Shown here one piece after another: positions 1 through 8,438 of a stretch of 26,210 nucleotides of DNA. Under the pieces are notes generated by a model that saw nothing but the letters and a program-made list of their open reading frames with translations, was not told the origin of the DNA and did no database searches. Made by a program: the position numbers and the translations under genes. How positions within the stretch are numbered: the stretch's first letter is position 1; every line of letters begins with the position of its first letter. Source of the stretch: Coleofasciculus sp. B1-GNL1-01 (GTDB taxonomy: Bacteria > Cyanobacteriota > Cyanobacteriia > Cyanobacteriales > Coleofasciculaceae); NCBI GenBank assembly GCA_040220235.1, contig JAVJTO010000141.1. One strand, given 5' to 3'.

Positions 1-140
1 GGGGAAGCAATGATACATTTTCCCTGATAATGGTGCAAAGGTATGAAAGGGTTTTATCCTTTTTCTTTGAAGATGAGCCAATGTTCATGCTACTCAAAGC
101 TTTGGTAGCCAAGGGTTTCGGTCTTGTGCAGCAAGCCCTA
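1..140. mobile_element. Right part of a MITE-like element, cut by the window start; homologous to 5923-6065
   Basis: Ends in TTGTGCAGCAAGCCCTA (124-140), identical to 6049-6065. The preceding ~120 bp are co-linear with 5923-6048, sharing blocks GGGG-AGCAA-G-TACATTT, TATGAA, TTTTCT-TGAA and CTCAAAG. Confidence 0.65.
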
Positions 141-164
141 ACGATGATTAAGCCAGCCAACGCT

Positions 165-737
165 TTAGGGCTGAGGCGACTCATTCCCTTGACTTGCTCC
201 CACAGCAATCAAATGCTGGCGCACCAGATACTCCAACTGATACAGATACGCCACCGTCACCAACCGATACAAGGTGGGTAAGGTAAATAAATCCCTCAAT
301 TCATCCCACCACGCCAACGTATCATACAAAGAACCCATCTGAGGGAGGAAGATAATCTGAATCATTTGACTCACCACAAATGCCAGTGTAATCGCCATCC
401 ACCCATAGAAGCCTTCCCACCAACTCATCAGTGTGGGAACAATTCCCGTCACTTCAGCCATTTCCTGCGATCGCGTATTTGGGAAAAATCGGTCAAGAAC
501 GATGTGCAGCCAGTGATGAGTAACGGCGATAATTACTATTGGTGAGAGTAACGTAACAAAATATAACAAGAATCGCCACTTCGGGGCAATCACCATCAGA
601 GAATCACCCAGTTGTAAGATTGAGAGGATAATCCGGATAATCACCGAAATTCCCCGAAAGAGCAGAATTAAAAGAACGGCACTTAGCCATGCAGTGGGGT
701 AAGGAATAAAAGGGGGCCAATTTCTCATATTTTCCAT
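165..737 (-). CDS. Hypothetical integral membrane protein, last gene of the dynamin cassette (start could be ATG 728)
   Basis: 190-aa ORF with 3-4 hydrophobic segments and a PTLMSWWEGFYGW motif; co-oriented downstream of the BDLP pair; contains HIP1 at 467-474. Confidence 0.8.
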   Translation of the reverse strand: MENMRNWPPFIPYPTAWLSAVLLILLFRGISVIIRIILSILQLGDSLMVIAPKWRFLLYFVTLLSPIVIIAVTHHWLHIVLDRFFPNTRSQEMAEVTGIVPTLMSWWEGFYGWMAITLAFVVSQMIQIIFLPQMGSLYDTLAWWDELRDLFTLPTLYRLVTVAYLYQLEYLVRQHLIAVGASQGNESPQP

Positions 738-770
738 TGGTGATTGGTGATTGGTGATTTGTCATTGGTT
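736..770. repeat. 7-bp short tandem repeat (STRR-type, ATTGGTG x3 plus 2 degenerate units)
   Basis: attggtg attggtg attggtg atttgtc attggtt, abutting the start codon of 165..737. Confidence 0.85.
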
Positions 771-814
771 AGGGAACCGAGGGATAGGGCAATTTTTGGG
801 TTACTTAAAACTTA

Positions 815-878
815 GTCGGGGCGGGTTTAGTCACTTAGGGGTGCGGTAAAAAACGATAGTAGTGAAACCCGCCCCTAC
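815..878 (-). repeat. GTAG-REP doublet / REPIN-like 64-bp element, copy 1
   Basis: Minus strand reads GTAGGGGCGGGTTTCACT...GACTAAACCCGCCCCGAC, with inverted arms GGGGCGGGTTT / AAACCCGCCCC. Confidence 0.85.
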
Positions 879-915
879 ACACCTTCCTCGAAGGTTGTGA
901 ACAATATTTCATTCT

Positions 916-2994
916 TCAACTCGCTTCTACCAACAAAGTCTGATACGCCGCCTCAATCCGTTCCACTTCCGATGACACATCTGTCTCTAATTTCTTCAAC
1001 CGCTCTAATTCCGTCCCTTGATTAATCTCATGGGACTCTTTTTGAGCGATTAAATTATCCAACTCTGACTGGCGAGCATTAATATCATCATTCATCCGTT
1101 CCGTCACTTCTCGCTCATAAACATCAAAGCATTCTTTCACCGCATCGTGAATCGGTTGCCATTGTTCTCGTGCAACTTGAGGCAAATATTTCACCAACTC
1201 TTTCTTCGCCGCTTTCACCAACTCTTTCCGCGCTTGATCCGCTTGCACCACCCCAACGCCTAAACCAAGTAATCCAAGTCCTACGGGTCCTAAAACCGTT
1301 CCAGATACCGCTGTAATTATTGCCCCAACACCCATGACAGTAATAAAATTAAGGGCGATATTTTTCCAATCAAACCCGGCTCCCGCCATAGCCACCCCAG
1401 CAATATTGCCCCTGGCTAATGAAAAGAGTCCCGCCGCCCATTTTGCCCAAGCGGGAGCCTTATCGTCTGGGGTTGTTCCAATTACTGGAGATATACGTTG
1501 TCCGGTTAATTTTTCGGTAATTTTATCTGTAACTTGGGTATAGGATGCGCCGTAATTAGCGGCACTTTTCGATAACTGCAAAAACGCACTATCCATCTCT
1601 TTTTCAGCCATCAAACTCCAAGCGGATAATTTATCATTCACATACCGCTCAAATGCCTGTTGCAATCCAGCTTCAAAGGCTTCGCGTCTCCCTTTGTTCA
1701 AAAAATCCATAAATCGCAAATCGGGCTGATACTGCATGAAATCAGCTTCAAACGTATTTCCCAAATTTAAAGTGTATGTGCGGAAGGAATCAGCCACCGC
1801 CTTTGCCTTACTATCCCGTACCGATTTGATTTCATCTTGGAACTGCTGACAGATGTCATTCAGTTTCTTGAATTCGGGTTCTACGGAATTAATCCGTTCT
1901 TTTAACTCCTGAACATCCTGTTCCAGCAACGGAATTCGCCGTTCAATCGCTTCCCGAACATGACTATACCCTTGACGCGCCAAGGTTCTGGCTTGGCGAA
2001 ATTCAGCCACGGCGCGTTCATTGGTTAAGAATGTACTTAATGCGCCCAGAAACTCTGGAAATCCGGTTCCTTCCAGAGAGGCTTGTGGCTGCTTGACTCG
2101 TAACCGCAGCGCTTTAATCGCGGAAATCTCAAATACTCGTTCATCATAAATATCATGCCCATCAACTTGACAGTAATCGGCTAAGTTAGCTCGAAATACA
2201 CGCCGCACTTTATCTTCCGATTCTTCTAATTCTTCGATATCATCCGGATCAATCAAACTTTCGCGAATCTGATCCCAAGCATTAATTAAAAAGAAAACTG
2301 ATAATCCTCGATTCTTAATGTAATTTTCTAAATAACGGCGTTCAGCCAAGGTACAAGGTTGAGTTGCCCGCAGTACAAATAAAATTGCATGGCAATTATT
2401 GATATATCCCAGAGATAACTCGTTCCGGGCTTCAGTATCATTAAGTCCAGGGCTATCGACAATTTCTATACCTTTTTGTAATAGCGGTAAGGGATAGTCC
2501 ACGACAGCATAATCAACATTGGGGAATGCCTGTTTCTTCTGTTGTTCCAGTTGTTTGGCTTCGGCGGGGTCAATCGTGTAGCGGCGCTTAAAACTTTTAA
2601 AGTCAATATCTTCGGGTGGTGTGCCATCGTTAAAATGAACGGTGACTTTTTTTTCAGATCCGTACCGCAACACGGTTAATAAGGCGGTACAGGGATTCAC
2701 ATCGGAGGGTAATAAGTTCTCGCCAATCAAGGCATTCAGAAACGTACTTTTGCCCCGTTTCATATCCCCCAACACCAGTAATCTGAATACACCTTGTTGT
2801 AAATTTTTACTGGCTCTGCTTAAATCATCAATATCCCGTTCCAACCCCAAACCGCCAGAGGTATCCTTGCCCATGGTTTCCCCTTGTTCCAGGGTTTGGG
2901 CGATTTCACCCAGGCTGGTGGCGACTTGCGATCGCACTCTGGCAACTCGCTCTAAATTATTCAGGAAACTGTCTGTTTCTATTTTGTAACTCAT
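916..2994 (-). CDS. Bacterial dynamin-like protein (BDLP family GTPase), paralog A
   Basis: G1 GDMKRGKS, G2 NPCT, G3 DSPG, G4 NAWD, long helical stalk and hydrophobic paddle (NFITVMGVGAIITAVSGTVLGPVGLGLLGLGVG). 692 aa; closely resembles Nostoc punctiforme BDLP as I recall it. Confidence 0.95.
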   Translation of the reverse strand: MSYKIETDSFLNNLERVARVRSQVATSLGEIAQTLEQGETMGKDTSGGLGLERDIDDLSRASKNLQQGVFRLLVLGDMKRGKSTFLNALIGENLLPSDVNPCTALLTVLRYGSEKKVTVHFNDGTPPEDIDFKSFKRRYTIDPAEAKQLEQQKKQAFPNVDYAVVDYPLPLLQKGIEIVDSPGLNDTEARNELSLGYINNCHAILFVLRATQPCTLAERRYLENYIKNRGLSVFFLINAWDQIRESLIDPDDIEELEESEDKVRRVFRANLADYCQVDGHDIYDERVFEISAIKALRLRVKQPQASLEGTGFPEFLGALSTFLTNERAVAEFRQARTLARQGYSHVREAIERRIPLLEQDVQELKERINSVEPEFKKLNDICQQFQDEIKSVRDSKAKAVADSFRTYTLNLGNTFEADFMQYQPDLRFMDFLNKGRREAFEAGLQQAFERYVNDKLSAWSLMAEKEMDSAFLQLSKSAANYGASYTQVTDKITEKLTGQRISPVIGTTPDDKAPAWAKWAAGLFSLARGNIAGVAMAGAGFDWKNIALNFITVMGVGAIITAVSGTVLGPVGLGLLGLGVGVVQADQARKELVKAAKKELVKYLPQVAREQWQPIHDAVKECFDVYEREVTERMNDDINARQSELDNLIAQKESHEINQGTELERLKKLETDVSSEVERIEAAYQTLLVEAS

Positions 2995-3038
2995 TGTTTG
3001 TTTATCCCGTAACTATATTCATTCCAAGTTGTTTAATA

Positions 3039-3102
3039 GAAGGGCGGGTTTAGTCAAGTTATCGATTTTTTGCAAAACGTTATCGGTAAAACCCGCCCCT
3101 AC
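3039..3102 (-). repeat. GTAG-REP doublet / REPIN-like 64-bp element, copy 2
   Basis: Minus strand GTAGGGGCGGGTTTTACCGATAACGTT...TAACTTGACTAAACCCGCCCTTC; internal sequence shared with copy 3. Confidence 0.85.
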
Positions 3103-3142
3103 AACCGATAAAGACAATACCCATCCGACAAATCCTTTCCGT

Positions 3143-5224
3143 TTAACCGGGTAACGATAATAACTCCTCATACACAGATTCAACCTGCCGACATTCCGCT
3201 AAAATATCAGCATCTAAACCTCTCAACCGTTTCAACTCAGTTTGCCGATTAATCTCACGAGATTCTTTTTGCTCCAGCAAGTTATCTAACTCGGCTTGAC
3301 GGGATTTAATATCATCATTAATCCGCTGAATTACTTCCTTTTCGTAACTATCAAAAGAATCTTTCACCGCTTGACGAATCGGTTCTTGTTGTTCCTGGCT
3401 GAGTTGCGGTAAATATTTAACAAACTCTTTTTTCGTCGCTTTAATCACTTCTTGGCGGGCTTGTTCGGCTTGCAGTGCGCCCACACCCAAACCCATCAAC
3501 GCTAATCCAATGGGATTCCAAAACGTTAACCCCGTAAAAATTAATAAAAAGCTGCTAATCCCAATTACCGCTAACCAATTAACCAGGATATTTTGCCAAG
3601 TAAACCCAGCAGCAGCTAACGCCACACCCGCCACATTTCCCGATGCTAAGGAGAAAAACCCCATCGCCCATTTTGCCCAAGTGGGTGACTCTTCCCCTGC
3701 ATCAACCCGAACGCCTGACGGTATGGTTTGTCCAATTAACTTCTCAGTCATGGAATCAACAATCTGATTATAGGTTGCACCGTAGTTAGCGGCACTTTGG
3801 GCAAGTTGGGAAAACCCCTCTTGTAAATACTCCTCCGCCGTGCGTTCCCACTCAGCTAATTTATCCTGAATATACTGTTCAAACGCTTGCTTTAATGCCG
3901 CATTAAACGCCTCCCGTCTCTCCGTTTGCAAGAACTCCAGAAAGTCAATTGTCGGCTGATAGCGTAAGAAATCAGATTCAAATGTCTTTTCTAAATTCAG
4001 CACATAAGTGCGAAACGAATCCGCCACCGCTTTAACTTTTGTATCCCGCATCGTCCGAATTTCATCCTGGAATTGATCGCGGATTTGGGTCAATTGATCA
4101 AACTCCGGTTCAACCCCCTGAATCCGTTGTTTTAATTCCTGAATATCTTGGTCGAGTAAGGGAATTCGCCGTTCAATCGCTTCGTGAGTGCGGCTATAAA
4201 CTTGACGCGCCAACGTTCTCGCTTGGCGTAATTGTGCCACGGCGCGTTCTTGGGTCAAAAAGGTATTCAGCGCCCCTAAAAATGCTGGTAATCCTGTTCC
4301 TTCTAGGGAAGCTTCTGAATCTTTTACCCGCCGCCGCAAGGCTTCCAGAGAGGAAATCTCAAACACTCGCTCATCATAGCGATTCTGTCCATCTTTTTGA
4401 CAGTAATCAGTTAGATAGGTTTGGAATACCGTGCGTAACCGATTTTGTGCTTCTTCAAGTTCATCGGGATCATCCGGATCAATCAATCCTTTACCGATTT
4501 CATCCCAAGCGTTAATTAGAAAGAAAACTGTTAATCCGCGCCCTTTAATGTAATTTTCTAAATAGCGGCGTTCTTCCAGGGTACAAGGCTGCATCGCCCT
4601 GAATACAAACAAAATTGCGTGACAGTTATGGATATAGTTGAGTGATAATTCATTCCGGGATTCGGTATCGTTAAGCCCCGGACTATCAACAATTTCAATC
4701 CCTTTTTCTAAGAGGGGTAAGGGGTATTCGACAACGGCATAGTCAACGTCGGGAAATGCCGAACTTTTCTCAGCCTCAAGGCGTTTGGCTTCGGCAGGAT
4801 CGATGGTATAGTTTTGCTTAAAACTGGCAAAATCGAGGGATTCTGGCGGTTTATCCCCTTTAAAGTAAACCGTGACTTTTTTTTGAGTTCCGTAGCGCAA
4901 AACTGTCAGCAGCGCTGTACAAGGATTCACATCGGCTGGCAATAGGTTCTCACCAATTAAGGCATTGAGGAACGTACTCTTACCTCGTTTCAAGTCTCCC
5001 AATACCAGCAGCCGAAATAAACCCTTCTGCAAATTGTCACTGGCAATCTGGATATCTTCGCTTTCCCGTTCTAGACTCAATTTCCCGGAGGTTTCTTCAG
5101 CGTCTAATTCGGCTTGATTTAGCCGTTTGGCAATTTGACTCAGATGCGTCGCCGCTTGATGGCGCACTCTCACCACTCGCTCCAAATCCCTGAGGAAGCT
5201 GGTATTATCCACGGTATAGCTCAT
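3143..5224 (-). CDS. Bacterial dynamin-like protein (BDLP family GTPase), paralog B
   Basis: G1 GDLKRGKS, NPCT, DSPG, NAWD. 693 aa, co-linear with 916..2994 over the full length, with a more aromatic paddle (NWLAVIGISSFLLIFTGLTFWNPIG). Confidence 0.95.
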   Translation of the reverse strand: MSYTVDNTSFLRDLERVVRVRHQAATHLSQIAKRLNQAELDAEETSGKLSLERESEDIQIASDNLQKGLFRLLVLGDLKRGKSTFLNALIGENLLPADVNPCTALLTVLRYGTQKKVTVYFKGDKPPESLDFASFKQNYTIDPAEAKRLEAEKSSAFPDVDYAVVEYPLPLLEKGIEIVDSPGLNDTESRNELSLNYIHNCHAILFVFRAMQPCTLEERRYLENYIKGRGLTVFFLINAWDEIGKGLIDPDDPDELEEAQNRLRTVFQTYLTDYCQKDGQNRYDERVFEISSLEALRRRVKDSEASLEGTGLPAFLGALNTFLTQERAVAQLRQARTLARQVYSRTHEAIERRIPLLDQDIQELKQRIQGVEPEFDQLTQIRDQFQDEIRTMRDTKVKAVADSFRTYVLNLEKTFESDFLRYQPTIDFLEFLQTERREAFNAALKQAFEQYIQDKLAEWERTAEEYLQEGFSQLAQSAANYGATYNQIVDSMTEKLIGQTIPSGVRVDAGEESPTWAKWAMGFFSLASGNVAGVALAAAGFTWQNILVNWLAVIGISSFLLIFTGLTFWNPIGLALMGLGVGALQAEQARQEVIKATKKEFVKYLPQLSQEQQEPIRQAVKDSFDSYEKEVIQRINDDIKSRQAELDNLLEQKESREINRQTELKRLRGLDADILAECRQVESVYEELLSLPG

Positions 5225-5273
5225 AGTTTTTTCTGATTCACGCTTTGGGTGAGATGAAGGCAGGTTTGAGTGT

Positions 5274-5338
5274 GTAGGGGCGGGTTTGACCGATAACGTT
5301 CAGGAGAAAACCTCTAACTTAACTAAACCCGCCCCGAT
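5274..5338 (+). repeat. GTAG-REP doublet / REPIN-like 65-bp element, copy 3
   Basis: GTAGGGGCGGGTTTGACCGATAACGTT...TAACTTAACTAAACCCGCCCCGAT. Confidence 0.85.
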
Positions 5339-5355
5339 CAAATGCAAGAGTTAAA

Positions 5356-5404
5356 TTCCCTGTTCCCTGTTCCCTGTTCCCTGTTCCCTGTTCCCTGTTC
5401 CCTA
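5356..5404. repeat. 7-bp tandem repeat (TTCCCTG)6 + TTCCCTA
   Basis: Directly visible; the last unit supplies the TAG stop of 5402..5722. Confidence 0.95.
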
Positions 5405-5722
5405 AGACTTCTTATCGCCTTCGAGGAAAATCTTATAGCCAATAAAGCCAATAACGCCGATAATCATAATCGTCGCGATCGCAGCACTCACCCGTACAAC
5501 CAGAACAGCCGCCACGACAAAGGCTAAGAACTTACCGAACATCACTAGCTTTCTCCCCCACCGTTGCAGCTTTCCTTCTGGTTGCTCATGCTTAACGGTT
5601 TGGTAGAGAGGAGGTTGATTAATTTCCGCTTCGAGTTCGCGTAGTCGGAGTTCTCGCTCTCGTTGGATCAGGTCGTGTTCCCGGCGCTGAAGCTCCCGGT
5701 CTTGATTATTGGGAGAAGTCAT
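5402..5722 (-). CDS. Small membrane protein: N-terminal charged coiled coil plus C-terminal hydrophobic hairpin (possibly DUF3040-like)
   Basis: RELQRREHDLIQRERELRLRELEAEIN followed by ~40 hydrophobic residues; AGGA upstream of the ATG; co-oriented directly upstream of the BDLP pair. Confidence 0.85.
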   Translation of the reverse strand: MTSPNNQDRELQRREHDLIQRERELRLRELEAEINQPPLYQTVKHEQPEGKLQRWGRKLVMFGKFLAFVVAAVLVVRVSAAIATIMIIGVIGFIGYKIFLEGDKKS

Positions 5723-5869
5723 GTCAGTTCATCCTAGTCAGAAATCGATCACAATAGGTTATGAAAAGGTTAAAAGACTCTAGCAATTTAGCTGACTCGT
5801 ATTCACCATAAATTTTCTCTTACTTTAACCTTAGAGCCTCAGCATCTGCTAGATCTGGTTAAAAAACTT

Positions 5870-6065
5870 TAGGGCAAACCTCCACTCCGGGAGCTGGGGA
5901 AGCTGGGGGAGCTGGGGAAGCTGGGGGAGCAAGGGTACATTTGTCTTGAGCAAGGTGATGCCATACTTATGAAGGATGCTACCCGATTTTCTTGAATCAA
6001 ACCCTCTGTCAATAAAGCTCAAAGTATTCATTGTTAATGGTTTTGGCTTTGTGCAGCAAGCCCTA
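5870..6065. mobile_element. MITE-like element containing a 9-bp tandem array
   Basis: Degenerate left end TAGGGC (5870); (GGGGRAGCT)n array at 5889-5930; ~140-bp segment homologous to 1-140; right end TTGTGCAGCAAGCCCTA. Confidence 0.6.
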
Positions 6066-6074
6066 CTTAGATCA

Positions 6075-6497
6075 CTATTCTTGTTGGGTTGGCTGATGTT
6101 CAGCATCAACCAGGGTTTCTTTAGATTGATCGAGCATACCCTTACCAGAAGACGTGCGCTTTTTGGCATGAGTTGATGATTCTACAGGACGGATGTCGTC
6201 ATGCAGATGAATCTGAATTTTCGGTCCCGAACTAGCTAGACGGATAATCATCCCATCCACAACCGCCGTCTGGGTAATGCGTTTTCCATCGATATAGGTT
6301 CCGTTAGCACCTAAGCTGATAATTCGCCAACCTGAACCATTCCGCCGAAGTTCAACATGGTGACGTGAAACGACGGCGCTGTATAAAATGACATCATTAT
6401 CCGTAGACCGCCCAATCCGAATCACCGATTCCGATTTAAACGGCCAACTTTGAACAGGTACAGACTGGAGAGGATGCAGCAGGGTCAGAGTAATCAC
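6075..6497 (-). CDS. FHA domain-containing protein (probable GTG start at 6497; the ORF track extends to 6602)
   Basis: FHA motifs IRIGRSTDND, VVSRHH, GANGTYIDG. (M)ITLTLLHPLQSVPVQSW is a typical N-terminus of this cyanobacterial family. Confidence 0.9.
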   Translation of the reverse strand: MITLTLLHPLQSVPVQSWPFKSESVIRIGRSTDNDVILYSAVVSRHHVELRRNGSGWRIISLGANGTYIDGKRITQTAVVDGMIIRLASSGPKIQIHLHDDIRPVESSTHAKKRTSSGKGMLDQSKETLVDAEHQPTQQE

Positions 6498-6729
6498 CGG
6501 TGTTACATCATTCAAAAACGTGGGTCCTTTCGACTGACTGAATACTTCTAGAGTGTCCCATGAGTCTAGAACAGGTTGTCCTTGAGGGATACCATCGATC
6601 AACCCTAACTATTTGTCAATGGTCAGGAGTCAACACGGTAAAAGATTTTTCCGGAAACATTATAGAATTTACCTGTAAATCAGGCTTCTATGATTAACCC
6701 CCCTCAGCTTCAGTACATAGGCAAGCGAC

Positions 6730-7509
6730 TCAGGACACTTGGAACAAAAACGTTACCATGTCCCCTTTGCCGAGGCTAATGCGATCGCCTTTGCGTAAGC
6801 GATGGCGATCCCCTTTCGGTAACGGGGTATGGTTGATGTATGTTCCATTGGCGCTGCCCACATCTTCAAGATAGTAGGTATCTCCCTCGACGCGAATATC
6901 TGCATGAACTCGCGAAACAATCTCAGAATTCGGAAAGCCAGACACATCAATATCCGGGGGAATCTGATCGTTGGGTTTACCGATATGAATCACACTGAGA
7001 TGGGAGGGGAGTTCCATTTTGGTTTGGGTTTGTAGATGCAGCAGATAAACGGACTGCACCTGTAACTGTGTGACACTACCTGGCGTTGGTGTGGCTACAG
7101 GGGGCGGAGGGGGTGCTGTTTCCGGCTCCGGTGGGGCTGGCTTTTCTTCTTCTTCTGTTGTCGTTCCGGATTGCCCAACCTGGGTAACGGGTAGCTCAGA
7201 AGGGGGATCGGGTTGCGGGTCAGGGATGGGTGATGGGGAACTCATTGAAAGAGGTTCGGGTTCAATTAGAGGGTCAGGGGGGTCTAAATCGGGTACATCG
7301 GGAACCGACACTGGAGCTGGTGTATCTGGGCTTCCCGTTGAGCCACTGGCTTTCAGGTTAAAACCACATTGACCGCAGAAGCTAGCGTCTGTTTGAACTG
7401 TTGTACCACAGTTGGGACAACTCATGCTTGCCGGTAAAGGTGTATAGCAGGCTTCGCATTGAGTCGCACCATCTGGATTTTGGTGATTGCAGTTAGGGCA
7501 AACAATCAT
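6730..7509 (-). CDS. fraH: FraH-like protein: double zinc ribbon, Pro-rich linker, FHA domain
   Basis: CPNC..CEAC..CPNC..CGQC at the N-terminus, Pro-rich middle, FHA (VSRVHA, GSANGTYIN). Lies downstream of pgl, as in Anabaena PCC 7120. Confidence 0.85.
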   Translation of the reverse strand: MIVCPNCNHQNPDGATQCEACYTPLPASMSCPNCGTTVQTDASFCGQCGFNLKASGSTGSPDTPAPVSVPDVPDLDPPDPLIEPEPLSMSSPSPIPDPQPDPPSELPVTQVGQSGTTTEEEEKPAPPEPETAPPPPPVATPTPGSVTQLQVQSVYLLHLQTQTKMELPSHLSVIHIGKPNDQIPPDIDVSGFPNSEIVSRVHADIRVEGDTYYLEDVGSANGTYINHTPLPKGDRHRLRKGDRISLGKGDMVTFLFQVS

Positions 7510-7559
7510 AAGCTATTCAATATTCACGCATTCAAAATTACCAACAAAAGCGGTTTCAC

Positions 7560-7587
7560 GTAGAGACGTTGCATGCAACGTCTCGAC
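7560..7587 (+). repeat. GTAG-type REP-like palindrome
   Basis: GTAGAGACGTTGCATGCAACGTCTCGAC; perfect 22-bp palindrome at 7563-7584. Confidence 0.85.
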
Positions 7588-7715
7588 TGAGGACAAAACC
7601 GCCGAAATCCTTCGAGTCAGCATGAGCCTTCCTCCTTCATCAAAACACAGTTAACCGTTCTACCTTAATAACTTGTTACATCAGGCTCACGGATTCTCTG
7701 TCGTAGAAATGAGCA

Positions 7716-8438
7716 TTAGTCTTTCACCGCTTGACCAGCTTGCTGATCTAAAAGCCACCACAATTCGCCTTGAGGCTGAATGAATCGCGCCGGATAGGTC
7801 AAAGGATCAGCCTCAGCCGCGAAGATTTGAGCCAACGCTGGTTGCTTGCCCGCCCCCGCCACCAGAAACATTACACAATGGGCTTGGTTAATTAACGGTA
7901 CAGTAAAAGTAATCCGAGGTTGACCGTCTTTATTGCCCACAGTAATCCGGCGATCGCAAACCTGTAGCGCTTGGGTATGAGGAAATAAAGATGCCGTATG
8001 CGCGTCGTCACCAATACCCAACAAGATCAGATCAAATTGGGGAAACTCGTCGGCGGCTACACCAAAGAACTCCCCCAGTTGAGTATCATGCTTCGAGGCG
8101 TCTGCTTCCGGAGACTCTCCGTCTGTGGGAATGGGGTGAATATTCGTGGCTGGGATATCAACGTGATCCAACCAAGCCTGACGCGCCATCGCTTGATTGC
8201 TATCCGGGTGATCGGCTGGAACATAGCGTTCATCACCCCAAAAGATATGCAGTTTATCCCAGGGTAGATTCTGGCTAGCTAGGGCTTGATAGAGGGGCTT
8301 GGGTGTACCGCCCCCCGCTAAAGCCAGCGTACAGCGCCCTGAGCGTTGGATTGCCTCCTGTATCTTCGTGAGGACAACATCACGCGATCGCTCAATCAGC
8401 GCGGCTTTATCAGGCAAAACTTCGACAATTTTCTTCAT
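7716..8438 (-). CDS. pgl: 6-phosphogluconolactonase (probable start ATG 8438, 240 aa)
   Basis: ALAGGGTP, FWGDERYVP, DLILLGIGDDAHTASLFP, RITFT motifs; GGAGGA RBS upstream of MKKIVEV. Confidence 0.95.
   Translation of the reverse strand: MKKIVEVLPDKAALIERSRDVVLTKIQEAIQRSGRCTLALAGGGTPKPLYQALASQNLPWDKLHIFWGDERYVPADHPDSNQAMARQAWLDHVDIPATNIHPIPTDGESPEADASKHDTQLGEFFGVAADEFPQFDLILLGIGDDAHTASLFPHTQALQVCDRRITVGNKDGQPRITFTVPLINQAHCVMFLVAGAGKQPALAQIFAAEADPLTYPARFIQPQGELWWLLDQQAGQAVKD

Noticed and set aside
30..281. 83-aa ORF with weak similarity to 5976..6176 (GFGLVQQAL vs GFGFVQQAL)
   Set aside because: The similarity comes from the shared MITE end; the ORF runs antisense into the membrane-protein gene.
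815..5338. Repeat-spacer-like units considered as a CRISPR array or attC integron cassette sites
   Set aside because: The arms are inverted rather than direct repeats, the units are kb apart and in mixed orientation, and there is no cas gene, integrase or RYYYAAC/GTTRRRY core.
5342..5527. 61-aa ORF with SLFPVPC repeats
   Set aside because: Translation of the TTCCCTG heptamer array, antisense to the real 106-aa gene.
5849..6169. 106-aa ORF with LPQLPQLPQ repeats, plus overlapping 5976..6176
   Set aside because: Translation of the 9-bp tandem array and MITE; overlaps the FHA gene out of frame.
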